From Solirubrobacterales bacterium (lineage in GTDB: Bacteria > Actinomycetota > Thermoleophilia > Solirubrobacterales > Solirubrobacteraceae), in contig DAHUYL010000110.1 of the NCBI GenBank assembly GCA_027315255.1, forward strand, positions 4,362 to 68,361: DNA of 64,000 nucleotides, read 5' to 3'. The notes beneath the pieces were generated by a model. That model was not told the DNA's origin, made no database searches, and saw only the letters and a program-made list of their open reading frames with translations. Each line of letters starts with the position of its first letter. The stretch's first letter is position 1. Both the position numbers and the translations under genes were made by a program. Below, piece after piece: positions 1 through 9,869 of this stretch.

Positions 1-2419
1 GGTCGTAGAGCGGCTCGGCCGCGACCTCGCCCGCCACCCAGCGGCCGAAGATGTCGACCTCCACGGCGGCGCCGACGTCGACCGACGCCGGCAGGTAGGC
101 GTACGCGATCGAGCGCCCGACCGTGTACCCGTAGCCGCCGCTGGTGACCCGCCCGGCAACGTCGCCAGAGCCGCCGACCCGCACCGGCTCGTTGCCGAGC
201 GCAACCGAGCGGGGATCCTCGAGCACCAGGCAGCGCAGCCGCCTGGCGGGGATGCGGCCACCCAAGGCCGTATCCCCGACGAATCCTCCCTGCTTGCCGT
301 CGGCGACGCAGAACTCGAGCCCGGCCTCGTACGGCGTCTCGTCCGGGGTGATGTCGGCGCCCCAGACGCGGTAGCCCTTCTCGAGCCGCAGCGAGTCGAT
401 CGCGCGGTAGCCACCCGCAACGAGGCCGTGCGGCCTGCCCGACACCCACAGCGCCCGCCACAGCGACAGCCCGTACTCGGTCGGGCAGTACAGCTCCCAG
501 CCGAGCTCGCCGACGTACGTGACCCGCAGCGCCAGCACCGGGACGTCGGCGAGCGCAAGTTCGCGCGCGCGCATGTAGCCGAAGTCGAGCGGGTCGGGCG
601 TGAGCGGCGCGAGCACGTCGAACGCGCGCGGGCCCCACAGCCCGAAGCACGCCCAGCGCGAGGTCGCGTCGGTCAGCGTCACGGACCCGTCGGCCGGCAC
701 CTGGCGCGCGATCCAGGCGCGGTCGTGCTGGCCGAAGGCGGTGCCGGTGACGATCAGGAAGCGGTCCTCGGCGAGTCGCGTGACCGTGAAGTCGCACTCG
801 ATCCCGCCGCGGCTGTTCAGCATCTGCGTGTAGGCGATCTGGCCGACGCCGCGCGCGACGCGGTTGTCGCACAGCCGCTCGAGCAGCGCGGCGGCGCCGG
901 GACCCGACACCTCGAGCTTGGCGAACGAGGACTCGTCGAACAAGCCGGCCGCCTCGCGCGTGGCCCGGTGCTCGGCGCCGATCGCCGGCGAGAAGTGCAT
1001 CCCGGCCCAGCCGCGCGGGCGCAGCTCCGGGTCGCCGGCGGGCGCGTTCGATTCGTACCAGTTGACCCGCTCCCAGCCCGACTTCTCGCCGAACACCGCC
1101 TGATGCTCGGCGTGCCAGGCGTACGCGCTCGAGACCCGCAGCGGCCGCCCCGCCTGGCGTTCGTGCCCGGGGTAGCGGATGTCGTAGTAGGTCTCGTAGA
1201 CCTCCTTGCAGCGCTTCAGCGTGTACGACGGGGACCGATACTGCGGCCCGAAGCGGCGGATGTCCATCTCCCAGACGTCGCTCGGCGGCTCCCCGGCGAG
1301 GATCCACGCGGCCATCAGCTTGCCGAGCCCGCCGGCGCCCGCGAGCCCGTGGGCGCAGAACCCCGCGGCGACGTAGAAGCCGCGGAGCTCGGTCTCGCCG
1401 AGGCAGAACTCGTTGTCGGGCGTGAACGCCTCGGGGCCGTTGATCAGCCGCGTGACCTTGACGTCCTCCATCAGCGGCACGCGCTTGCGCGAGTTCTCGG
1501 CGATCTCCTCGAAGCGAGGCCAATCCTCCTCGAGCAGGCGGCCGTTGAAGTCCGTCGGGATCCGGTCGACGTCGTGGCCGTCGAGCGACCACGGCGCGCT
1601 GTGGCGCTCGTAGCCACCCATCACGAGGCCGGCGCCCTCCTCGCGGAAGTAGATCAGCAGGTCGGGGTCGCGCAGCGTCGGCAGGTGAGATATCGGCCCG
1701 CCCGCCCCGCGATCCTCGCGGAACGGCTGGGTGACGAGGTACTCGTGCGCGAACGGCACGATCGGGACGCGCACGCCCGCGAGGCGCCCGAGCTCGGCGG
1801 CGAACATGCCCCCGGCGTTGACGACGACCTCCGCCTCGATCGGGCCGTGCTCGGTCTGCACCCCGGTGACGCGTCCGCCGCTGACGTCGATCCCGATCAC
1901 GCGCGTGTGCGTGAACGTGCGGCAGCCGCCGGCGCGGGCGCCGTCGACAAGTGCGTAGGTCAACAGCGACGGGTCGAGGTAGCCGTCGGTCGGCAGGTAG
2001 GAGGCGCAGCGGACGCCGTCGGTGACCATCAGCGGGAACAGCTCCCGGGCCTCCTCGGGCGAGATCAGCTCGAGCGCCAGCCCGAACGTCCGCGCCCACG
2101 CGACCTGGCGCAGCACCTCCTGCTCGCGCTCGGGCGTGCATGCGAGCCGGATCCCGCCGCACTGGACCCAGCCGCAGTCGAGCGTGCGGTAGAGCTCGAC
2201 CGAGTCCATCATCAGCGTCGTCAGCGCAACGCTCGAGCGCAGCTGGCCGACGAGCCCGGCCGAGTGGAAGGTCGAGCCGCTCGTCAGCTCGTCGCGGTCG
2301 AGCAGCACGACATCGCGCTCGCCGGCCTGCGCGAGGTGGTAGGCGATCGAGGCGCCGCCGACACCCCCGCCGATGATCACGATCCTGGCCCGGCCCGGTA
2401 GCTCACGCGGTCGCGGCAT
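1..2419 (-). CDS. GcvT-family FAD-dependent oxidoreductase (dimethylglycine/sarcosine dehydrogenase-like), 3' end runs off the window
   Basis: Not in the ORF track because it has no stop in the window. Manual translation from ATG 2419: MPRPRELPGRARIVIIGGGVGGASIAYHLA (GxGxxG), STFHSAGLVGQLRSS, and a GcvT-type C-terminus ...VEVDIFGRWVAGEVAAEPLYD at the edge. About 806 codons. Confidence 0.9.
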   Translation of the reverse strand, partial: MPRPRELPGRARIVIIGGGVGGASIAYHLAQAGERDVVLLDRDELTSGSTFHSAGLVGQLRSSVALTTLMMDSVELYRTLDCGWVQCGGIRLACTPEREQEVLRQVAWARTFGLALELISPEEARELFPLMVTDGVRCASYLPTDGYLDPSLLTYALVDGARAGGCRTFTHTRVIGIDVSGGRVTGVQTEHGPIEAEVVVNAGGMFAAELGRLAGVRVPIVPFAHEYLVTQPFREDRGAGGPISHLPTLRDPDLLIYFREEGAGLVMGGYERHSAPWSLDGHDVDRIPTDFNGRLLEEDWPRFEEIAENSRKRVPLMEDVKVTRLINGPEAFTPDNEFCLGETELRGFYVAAGFCAHGLAGAGGLGKLMAAWILAGEPPSDVWEMDIRRFGPQYRSPSYTLKRCKEVYETYYDIRYPGHERQAGRPLRVSSAYAWHAEHQAVFGEKSGWERVNWYESNAPAGDPELRPRGWAGMHFSPAIGAEHRATREAAGLFDESSFAKLEVSGPGAAALLERLCDNRVARGVGQIAYTQMLNSRGGIECDFTVTRLAEDRFLIVTGTAFGQHDRAWIARQVPADGSVTLTDATSRWACFGLWGPRAFDVLAPLTPDPLDFGYMRARELALADVPVLALRVTYVGELGWELYCPTEYGLSLWRALWVSGRPHGLVAGGYRAIDSLRLEKGYRVWGADITPDETPYEAGLEFCVADGKQGGFVGDTALGGRIPARRLRCLVLEDPRSVALGNEPVRVGGSGDVAGRVTSGGYGYTVGRSIAYAYLPASVDVGAAVEVDIFGRWVAGEVAAEPLYD

Positions 2420-3302
2420 GCTCGAGGTACTCCTTCAGTCGCGGGTTTGCGGCGGCCCGCTCGAGCCGCTCGAAGTGCTCTGTGGCGTAGCCTCCGAAGT
2501 CAACGTCGAGTTCGGAGATGGCCTGCTGCACGACGCCCCAGGCGGCCTCCCGAGCGTCGGAGACGAGCTTCATCAATGTGAGAGCGGCGCGCCGGCCTTG
2601 TGTGGCCGGCGCTCCGTAGTAGGCCGCGAGCAGCCGCGCGTCGGCGTCCTCGTCGAACTCGTTGTTGACCGCGAGGTTGGCGAGGTCGAACAGCCGGTGA
2701 CCGATCCCGGCGTACTCCCAGTCGACGAGCAGCGCCTCGCCGCTCGCGTCGATCAACAGGTTCCCGTTCAGCAGGTCGTTGTGACATGGGACGGGGTCGT
2801 CGAGCGGCAGCCTCCGCGCGACCCGCTGGACCAGGACGCGGGCCCGTTCGAAGGCGGGCGGCGGGGTCCGGTCGCGCCGCGCGAGCAGCTCGGCGTAGCG
2901 GTCGAGCAAGTCCGGCACCCAGAACCGCGCGGGCAGCGCCAGCGCGCTGTCGTGGAAGGCACGCAGCGCGCGGGCGAACGGCGCCGGGTCGCGCTTCAGC
3001 GCGAGCGGATCGACCCGCGTGGCGGTCAGCGCGAACGCGGTGACCGAGCAGTCCGCGTCGGCGTGGAGCAGCTCCGGCCCGATGCCGAGGCGCGACGCCG
3101 CCTGCGCCGCCAGCCGCTCCGCCTCCCGGTCGATCCCTAGCAGCGCGGTGTCCTTGCCGGGGAGACGCACGACGCAGTCGCGCTCACCGAACGTGACGCG
3201 GTAGTTGCGGTTCGTGATGCCGCCGTCGAGCGGCTGCGGCGTGCCGCGGCGAGGGCCGAGCAGCGGCTCCAGGCGGGCGAGGATCGCGGTCAGCTCGAGC
3301 AC
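2403..3302 (-). CDS. Choline/ethanolamine kinase-like phosphotransferase (APH superfamily)
   Basis: GGITNRNY, Brenner motif CHNDLLNGNLL, LVDWEYAG. Overlaps the GcvT start by 17 bp. Confidence 0.85.
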   Translation of the reverse strand: MLELTAILARLEPLLGPRRGTPQPLDGGITNRNYRVTFGERDCVVRLPGKDTALLGIDREAERLAAQAASRLGIGPELLHADADCSVTAFALTATRVDPLALKRDPAPFARALRAFHDSALALPARFWVPDLLDRYAELLARRDRTPPPAFERARVLVQRVARRLPLDDPVPCHNDLLNGNLLIDASGEALLVDWEYAGIGHRLFDLANLAVNNEFDEDADARLLAAYYGAPATQGRRAALTLMKLVSDAREAAWGVVQQAISELDVDFGGYATEHFERLERAAANPRLKEYLEHAATA

Positions 3303-3402
3303 TCGAGTCGGAAAACCTAGCGCGTAAGGGCCGGCTCCTATACCTTCTCGTTCGGCCGATGCCGTCCGAGCCGGACGTGAGAATCAGGAGAAGGAGGGGC
3401 TG

Positions 3403-4743
3403 ATGGAGCTGAGTGAGCTCGAGTCGAGGGTTGCCGCCGGTGAGATCGACACCGTGCTGCTCGCGATCACCGACATGCAGGGCCGCCTCCAGGGCAAGCG
3501 GCTGACCGCGACGCACTTCCTGGACGAGGTCGCCCACCACGGCGCCGAGGGCTGCAACTACCTGCTGGCGGTCGACGTCGAGATGAACACGGTGTCGGGC
3601 TACGAGATGTCCTCGTGGGAGCTCGGCTACGGCGACTTCGCGATGCGGCCGGACCTGGCGACGCTGCGACTCGTGCCGTGGCAGCCGGCGACGGCGATGT
3701 GCCTGGCCGACCTGGAGTGGGCCGACGGGCGCGAGGTGGTCGCCTCGCCGCGCCAGATCCTGCGCCGCCAGCTCGCACGGCTGGCCGAGCGCGGCTGGAG
3801 CGCCAATGCCTCGACCGAGCTCGAGTTCCTCGTGTTCCGCGACTCCTACGAGGAGGCGTGGGCGAATGCCTACCGCGACCTGGTTCCGGCCAACCTCTAC
3901 AACGTCGACTACTCGCTGCTCGGGACCGCCCGGGTGGAGCCGCTGATCCGGCGGATCCGCAACGCGATGGCAGAGGCCGGGCTGCAGGTCGAGAACTCCA
4001 AGGGCGAGTGCAATTACGGCCAGCACGAGATCAACTTCCGCTACTCGGATGCGCTGCGCTGCGCCGACGAGCACTCGATCTACAAGAACGCCGCCAAGGA
4101 GATCGCCGCCCAGGAGGGCATGTCGATCAGCTTCATGGCGAAGTACAACGAGCGTGAGGGCAGCTCCTGCCACATCCACTTCTCGCTGGCGGAGAATGGG
4201 ACCCCACCCACCGCGGGCCTGTTCGCGCGCGACCGCGCGATGTTCGAGTCGTTCCGCGCCGGGCAGCTCGCGTGCCTGCGGGAGCTGACCCTGTTCCTCG
4301 CGCCCAACGTCAACTCCTACAAGCGCTACGCGCTCGGGTCGTTCGCGCCGACCACGGTCGCGTGGGGACGCGACAACCGCACGTGCTCGCTGCGCGTCGT
4401 CGGCGAGGGGCCGGGGCTGCGATTCGAGAACAGGGCCGGAGGATCCGACCTGAACCCGTACCTGGCGCTCAGCGCGCTGATCGCGGCGGGGCTGCACGGC
4501 GTCGAGCGCGAGCTCGCGCTCGAGCCCGAGTACGTCGGCAATGCGTATCTGGCAGCCGACAAGCCACGGCTGCCGACGACGCTGCGCGACGCGCGCGCGC
4601 TGTTCGCGGGCTCGGAGGTCGCGCGGGCGGCGTTCGGCGAGGCCGTCGTCGCCCACTACGTGAACGCCGCCGACGTCGAGCTTCAGGCGTTCGATGCGGC
4701 CGTCACCGACTGGGAGCGCTTCAGAGGGTTCGAGCGACTATGA
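3403..4743 (+). CDS. Glutamine synthetase-like gamma-glutamyl-amine ligase (GlnA4 type)
   Basis: DMQGRLQGKR, KGECNYGQHEINF, GSSCHIHFSL, NSYKR, FENRAGGSDLNPYLA. Neighbourhood matches the actinobacterial glnA4 cluster. Confidence 0.88.
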   Translation: MELSELESRVAAGEIDTVLLAITDMQGRLQGKRLTATHFLDEVAHHGAEGCNYLLAVDVEMNTVSGYEMSSWELGYGDFAMRPDLATLRLVPWQPATAMCLADLEWADGREVVASPRQILRRQLARLAERGWSANASTELEFLVFRDSYEEAWANAYRDLVPANLYNVDYSLLGTARVEPLIRRIRNAMAEAGLQVENSKGECNYGQHEINFRYSDALRCADEHSIYKNAAKEIAAQEGMSISFMAKYNEREGSSCHIHFSLAENGTPPTAGLFARDRAMFESFRAGQLACLRELTLFLAPNVNSYKRYALGSFAPTTVAWGRDNRTCSLRVVGEGPGLRFENRAGGSDLNPYLALSALIAAGLHGVERELALEPEYVGNAYLAADKPRLPTTLRDARALFAGSEVARAAFGEAVVAHYVNAADVELQAFDAAVTDWERFRGFERL

Positions 4744-5516
4744 GCGGCGCCGCGACACTCGGGGAGAGCTCCGAGCAGGTCACGATCGCGACCTCGCTCG
4801 AGCAGGCGGCTTCGCTCGACACGGTGTTCGCGCCGGTCCGCTCGCTGACCGCGTTCGAGGAGACGGTCGACCGGCTCGGCACCGCGATCAGGCTGGGGCT
4901 GCTTCCGCCGGGGACGAAGCTGCCGGCCGAGCGCGAGCTGTGCCACAAGCTCGGGATCGCGCGCTCGACGCTGCGCCAGGCGCTCGTGGCGCTGGCCCAG
5001 AGCGGCCACGTGCACGCGGTGCGCGGCCGTCGCGGCGGGACGTTCGTGGCCGACCCGCTGCCGCCGGCCCGGCCGCCGGAACCGGCCGTCGTGCGCGCCT
5101 GGCGCTCGACCTGCGACCGGCGGATGGCTGTCGAGGTAGGTGTCGCGGTGCTCGCGGCCGACCGTGCGGGCGGCGTCGCGCTCGACGCGCTCGAGGAGGT
5201 GGCGAGCGCGCTCGAGGGAATGCTCGACGACTTCGGCGCGTACCGCCAGGCGGACGTGCGCTTCCACGTCGGGCTCGCCGAGACGACCGGCAACCCCGCG
5301 CTCGTCACCGCGATGACCGAGGTGCAGGGGGCGATGACCGGGCTGATCGCGCTGATCGCGCACCCGCCCGAGGTGCTCGCCTCCGCCAACGCCCAGCACC
5401 GGCGGCTGCTGACGGCGCTGCGCAAGCACGACGAGGCCGGCGCCGCGCGCGCGATGGTCGACCACCTGCGGGGGACCGAGCACGTGCTCGCGGGGTTGAT
5501 GCCGGGGTCGGCTTGA
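4740..5516 (+). CDS. GntR/FadR-family transcriptional regulator
   Basis: ATG 4740 overlaps the GS stop (ATGA). HTH LPAERELCHKLGIARSTLRQAL; FCD domain DVRFHVGLAETTGN...QHRRL. Confidence 0.9.
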   Translation: MSGAATLGESSEQVTIATSLEQAASLDTVFAPVRSLTAFEETVDRLGTAIRLGLLPPGTKLPAERELCHKLGIARSTLRQALVALAQSGHVHAVRGRRGGTFVADPLPPARPPEPAVVRAWRSTCDRRMAVEVGVAVLAADRAGGVALDALEEVASALEGMLDDFGAYRQADVRFHVGLAETTGNPALVTAMTEVQGAMTGLIALIAHPPEVLASANAQHRRLLTALRKHDEAGAARAMVDHLRGTEHVLAGLMPGSA

Positions 5517-5598
5517 CTTTGTGACGATCAGCCGGAAGTATTCCGCCGCTAAGGACGGACCACAACACCTTTAGGGACACCCTTCGAGGAGGGCCGGC

Positions 5599-7212
5599 AT
5601 GAGCGTAGGCAGCACAACCGCAGCTGCAACCGGGACACTTTCGAAAGACGAGCAGCGGCTTGCTGAGCTGGGGTACAAGCAGGAGCTCCGGCGAGGCTGG
5701 AGCAGCTTCTCCAACTTCGCGATCTCGTTCTCGATCATCTCGGTCCTGGCCGGGTGCTTCACGACCTACGGGCAGGCGCTCAACAACGGCGGCCCGATCG
5801 CGATCTCGATCGCGTGGCCGGTGATCAGCTGCCTGATCCTCTGCGTCGCCTTCTCGATGTCCGAGCTCGCGTCGGCGATGCCGACGTCCGGCGGCATCTA
5901 CTACTGGGCGTCGAAGCTCGGTGGGCCAGGCTGGGGATGGTTCACCGGCTGGTTCAACCTGATCGGCCTGGTCGCCGTCGTGGCCTCGGTCGTCTACGTC
6001 AGCGCCGTGTTCCTGACGCTCCTGCTCGGCTTCATGAACGTCGACTTCATCTTCAACTTCGCCTCGAGCAACGGCCACTACCTGGCCCACGTCGAGTTCG
6101 CGATGTTCGCGGTGATCCTGATCGTGCACGGGCTGATCAACGTCTTCTCGAGCCACCTCGTGTCGCTGTTCACGAACGTCTCGGTCTGGTGGCACGTGCT
6201 CGGCGTCGCCGTGATCGTCGCGATCCTGATCTTCGGCCCCGCGCACCACGCGAGCTTCTCGACGGTGTTCGGCCACACGATCAACAATTCGGGCTTCGGC
6301 CACGGGATGTTCTGGTGGTACGTGCTGCCGCTCGGCTTCCTTTTGACGATGTACACGATCACCGGCTACGACGCCTCGGCTCACATCTCCGAGGAGACGC
6401 ACGGCGCCGACGAGTCGGCGCCCAAGGGGGTCTGGCGCTCGGTCTTCTACTCGGCCGTGATCGGCTGGATCGTGCTGCTCGCGATCACGTTCGCGTTCCA
6501 GAAGAGCAAGGAGCACGCGATCCTCACAACCGCGACCGGCTATCCCGCGATCGCGATCTTCCAGAGCGCGCTCAGCTCGACGGCGCTGAAGGTGGTCATC
6601 CTGATCTCGACCGTAGGGCAGCTGTTCTGCGGGATGGCGTGCGTGACCAGCGGCTCGCGGATGACGTTCGCGTTCTCGCGCGACGGCGCGATCCCCGGTC
6701 ACAACCTGTGGCGGCGGCTGGGCAAGAACCGCACGCCGACCTGGTCGGTGGTGTTCGTGGTCGTGTTCGCGTTCATCATCACGATCCCGGCGTACTTCCC
6801 GAACTCCGCAAACGTCCCGGTGGCGTTCCTGGCGGTCACCTCGATCTCGGTGATCGGCCTCTACATCGCGTACGTGATCCCGACGTACCTGCGCTGGCGG
6901 ATGGGCGACAGGTTCGTGACGGGACCATGGACGCTCGGCGCCAAGTACAAGTGGGTCAACATGATCGCGGTCGTGTGGGTGCTGGTGTGCGTCGTGATCT
7001 TCTCGCTCCCGTTCTCGCCGGGCGGCGTCCCGTGGAACAGCGCGTTCAGCCTCAACGCCGTCAACTACGCGCTCCCGGTCACGCTCGCCGTGATCGTCGG
7101 GGTGAGCGTCTGGTACGCGGTGTCGGCGAAGAACTGGTTCAAGGGGCCGATCCGGACGATCGAAGAACCCGACGCGGCGCCGATTCCGCACGGCATCGGC
7201 GCGGCACCATGA
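5599..7212 (+). CDS. APC-superfamily amino acid/amine permease
   Basis: About 12 hydrophobic segments; NFAISFSIIS, ELASAMPTSGGIYYW, TGYDASAHISEET, FAFSRDGAIPG. Confidence 0.92.
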   Translation: MSVGSTTAAATGTLSKDEQRLAELGYKQELRRGWSSFSNFAISFSIISVLAGCFTTYGQALNNGGPIAISIAWPVISCLILCVAFSMSELASAMPTSGGIYYWASKLGGPGWGWFTGWFNLIGLVAVVASVVYVSAVFLTLLLGFMNVDFIFNFASSNGHYLAHVEFAMFAVILIVHGLINVFSSHLVSLFTNVSVWWHVLGVAVIVAILIFGPAHHASFSTVFGHTINNSGFGHGMFWWYVLPLGFLLTMYTITGYDASAHISEETHGADESAPKGVWRSVFYSAVIGWIVLLAITFAFQKSKEHAILTTATGYPAIAIFQSALSSTALKVVILISTVGQLFCGMACVTSGSRMTFAFSRDGAIPGHNLWRRLGKNRTPTWSVVFVVVFAFIITIPAYFPNSANVPVAFLAVTSISVIGLYIAYVIPTYLRWRMGDRFVTGPWTLGAKYKWVNMIAVVWVLVCVVIFSLPFSPGGVPWNSAFSLNAVNYALPVTLAVIVGVSVWYAVSAKNWFKGPIRTIEEPDAAPIPHGIGAAP

Positions 7213-7219
7213 TCCGCGA

Positions 7220-8590
7220 ATGAGCGGAACGCTGACGGTCGTCGAGCCCGCCACCGAAGGCGTGCTCGAGGAGATCCCGCGGGCCGGCGTCGAGGAGGTC
7301 GACGCCGCCGTCGCGGCTGCGCGGGCGGCGTTCCCGGGGTGGCGGGCCCTCGCCCCGGGCGAGCGGGCGGCGCGACTGCGCTCGCTCGTGGCCGCGATGG
7401 AGGCCGAGCACGAGTCGCTGTCGGTTCTGGAGGCACGCAATGCCGGCAAGCCGATCGCCTCGGCGCGCGGCGAGGTCGGGATGGCGATCGAGACGATCCG
7501 CTACTACGCGGCCGCGCCGGAGCGGCTGCTGGGAGACACGATCCCGGTCGCCGGCGGTCAGGCGTTCACGTTCCGCGAGCCGCTCGGCGTCGTCGGGCTG
7601 ATCACGCCGTGGAACTTCCCGCTGGCGATCGCCTGCTGGAAGCTCGGGCCGGCGCTCGCGGCCGGTAACACGGTCGTGCTCAAGCCGGCGGAGCTGACGC
7701 CGCTGACGGCGCTCCGGTTCGGCGCGCTGGCCGACGCCGTGCTCGGTCCGGGCATCGTCAACGTCGTGGCCGGGCCCGGGCGCACGTGCGGCGCCCGGCT
7801 CGTCGAGCACCCGGACGTGGCCAAGATCGCGTTCACGGGCTCGACCGAGGTCGGCCGCTCGATCGCGGCGGGCGCGGCGCAGACGATCAAGCGGGTGACG
7901 CTCGAGCTGGGGGGCAAGTCGCCGAACGTGATCTTCGCCGACGCCGATCTGGAGCTGGCGGCGGCGAGCGTCCCCGGCTCGGTGTTCGACAACGCCGGGC
8001 AGGACTGCTGCGCGCGGTCGCGGATCTTCGTGCAGGAGCCGGCCGTCGAACGCTTCATGGAACTGCTCGAGCGGGCCGTCAAGTCGTTGCGGGTCGGCGA
8101 TCCGCTCGACGAGCGCACCGAGATGGGGCCGCTGATCTCGGCCGCTCAGCGCGAGACCGTCGCCTCGTTCGTCCCGGACGGTGCGCCCGTCGCGTTCCGC
8201 GGCTCGGCGCCCGACGGCCCCGGCTACTGGTTCCCGCCGACGGTCCTGTACCCGATCGCCCCGGATGCGCGGGCGGTGCGCGAGGAGATCTTCGGGCCGG
8301 TCGCGTGCGTGATCCCGTTCGCCGACGAGGCCGACGCGATCGCGATGGCCAACGACACGATCTACGGGCTGTCGGGGTCGATCTGGACGGGCGACGGGGC
8401 ACGGGCGCTGCGGGTCGCCCGCGCGATCGACACGGGCGTGCTATCGATCAACTCCAACAGCTCGGTGCGGGTCACGACGCCGTTCGGGGGCTTCAAGCAG
8501 TCCGGCTACGGGCGCGAGCTCGGCCCGCACGCGCTCGATGCCTACACCGAGGTCAAGTCCGTCTACTACGCAACTGGAGCCCGAGATTGA
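7220..8590 (+). CDS. NAD-dependent aldehyde dehydrogenase
   Basis: ITPWNFP, KPAELTP, FTGSTEVG, LELGGKSP, NAGQDCCA, EEIFGPV, PFGGFKQSG. Confidence 0.95.
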   Translation: MSGTLTVVEPATEGVLEEIPRAGVEEVDAAVAAARAAFPGWRALAPGERAARLRSLVAAMEAEHESLSVLEARNAGKPIASARGEVGMAIETIRYYAAAPERLLGDTIPVAGGQAFTFREPLGVVGLITPWNFPLAIACWKLGPALAAGNTVVLKPAELTPLTALRFGALADAVLGPGIVNVVAGPGRTCGARLVEHPDVAKIAFTGSTEVGRSIAAGAAQTIKRVTLELGGKSPNVIFADADLELAAASVPGSVFDNAGQDCCARSRIFVQEPAVERFMELLERAVKSLRVGDPLDERTEMGPLISAAQRETVASFVPDGAPVAFRGSAPDGPGYWFPPTVLYPIAPDARAVREEIFGPVACVIPFADEADAIAMANDTIYGLSGSIWTGDGARALRVARAIDTGVLSINSNSSVRVTTPFGGFKQSGYGRELGPHALDAYTEVKSVYYATGARD

Positions 8591-9330
8591 GTCGCTTGTC
8601 CGAGAAGGTGTGCGTGATCACCGGCGCGGCCGGTGGGATCGGTCGCGCGACGGCGGAGCGCTTCGCCGCCGAGGGCGCCCGCGTGGTCGGCGTCGACCTG
8701 CGCCAGCACGAGGTCGGCGCGCTCGCGTTGAGCGCCGACCTGACCGACGAGGCAGCGGTCGCCGAGCTGTACGGGCGGATCCGCTCCGAGCTCGGCCGGA
8801 TCGACGTGCTGTTCAACAACGCCGGGATCTCGCCGACGGACGACGCCTCGGTGCTCGACACCTCACTCGAGGCGTGGGAGCGGGTGCAGGCCGCGAACCT
8901 GCGCAGCGTGTTCCTGTGCTGCAAGCACGGGATCCCGCACCTGCTCGAGGGCGCAGGAGGGTCGGTGATCAACACCGCCTCGTTCGTGGCGGTGCTCGGC
9001 GCCGCCACGTCGCAGATCTCCTACACGGCGTCGAAGGGCGGCGTGCTGGCGCTGAGCCGCGAGCTGGGAGTCGAGTTCGCGCGCCGCGGCGTGCGGGTGA
9101 ACGCGCTGTGCCCGGGGCCGGTCGACACGCCGCTGCTGCGCGAGCTGTACGCCAAGGACCCGGAGCAGGCAGCCCGCCGGCTCGTGCACGTGCCGATGGG
9201 CCGCTTCGGCCGTGCCGAGGAGATCGCCGCGGCGGCGCTGTTCCTGGCCAGCGACGACTCGTCGTTCATGACCGCCCAGGCGCTGCTCGTCGACGGCGGG
9301 ATCGCGGGCGCTTACACGACGCCGCTCTGA
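8587..9330 (+). CDS. Short-chain dehydrogenase/reductase
   Basis: TTG 8587 overlaps the ALDH stop (TTGA). TGAAGGIG, FNNAG, YTASKGG, NALCPGPVDT. Confidence 0.92.
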   Translation: MSRLSEKVCVITGAAGGIGRATAERFAAEGARVVGVDLRQHEVGALALSADLTDEAAVAELYGRIRSELGRIDVLFNNAGISPTDDASVLDTSLEAWERVQAANLRSVFLCCKHGIPHLLEGAGGSVINTASFVAVLGAATSQISYTASKGGVLALSRELGVEFARRGVRVNALCPGPVDTPLLRELYAKDPEQAARRLVHVPMGRFGRAEEIAAAALFLASDDSSFMTAQALLVDGGIAGAYTTPL

Positions 9331-9341
9331 TGTTTGTAGCG

Positions 9342-9359
9342 CGTAGTATTTGTGTTACG
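9342..9359. promoter_or_regulatory. AT-rich imperfect palindrome, candidate MarR operator
   Basis: CGTAGTATTTGTGTTACG (CGTA...TACG arms) 40 bp upstream of the MarR ORF. Confidence 0.35.
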
Positions 9360-9398
9360 AACGATTGGCGGTGCGCACTGCCTGAATAGACTGGGGCG

Positions 9399-9869
9399 GT
9401 GATTCCCGGAGTTCCGCCGCCCGGCGACAGCGACCGGGACATGCCGGGGATGCACCCGGTGCTCGCAGGCCACACCGGCTTTCTCCTGAGTCGCGTCGGC
9501 GGCAAGGCGCGCAGGCGGTTCGCGGCCAGGCTGGCGGACGTCGGCCTCAACTTCAGGATGTGGGGCGCGCTCAGCGTGCTCGACGCCGAGGGGCCGATCA
9601 CGCAGCAGGCGCTCGGGCGCTGCGTCGGGATCGACCCGAGCTCGATGGTGGCGACGATCGACGCGCTCGAGGCGGCCGGCCTGGTCGAGCGCCGCCCGCA
9701 CCCGTCCGATCGCCGGGCACACGCGCTGGCGATCACCCCCGCCGGCCGTGCCACGCTCGCCGACGGGCGCCGGCTCGCCGCCGACGCGCAGGAGGAGCTG
9801 CTGTCGCTGCTGAGCGCCGAGGAGCGCGGGCAGCTGCACCAGACGTTGCTGAAGCTGGCTACCGCCTGA
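9399..9869 (+). CDS. MarR-family regulator (start may be ATG 9441)
   Basis: GPITQQALGRCVGIDPSSMVATIDALEAAGLVERRPHPSDRRA...ITPAG winged helix. Confidence 0.9.
   Translation: MIPGVPPPGDSDRDMPGMHPVLAGHTGFLLSRVGGKARRRFAARLADVGLNFRMWGALSVLDAEGPITQQALGRCVGIDPSSMVATIDALEAAGLVERRPHPSDRRAHALAITPAGRATLADGRRLAADAQEELLSLLSAEERGQLHQTLLKLATA

Noticed and set aside
428-2401. 657-aa plus-strand ORF
   Set aside because: Antisense shadow of the GcvT gene; Arg/Pro-rich with no motifs. The same applies to most long overlapping ORFs in the track (for example 5305-7449, 9936-11453, 22944-25181, 25929-28667, 37316-39262, 47670-49424).
5514-5544. Sigma-70-like promoter TTGACT...TATTCC before the permease
   Set aside because: 19-bp spacer and weak -10; not enough support to list as a feature.
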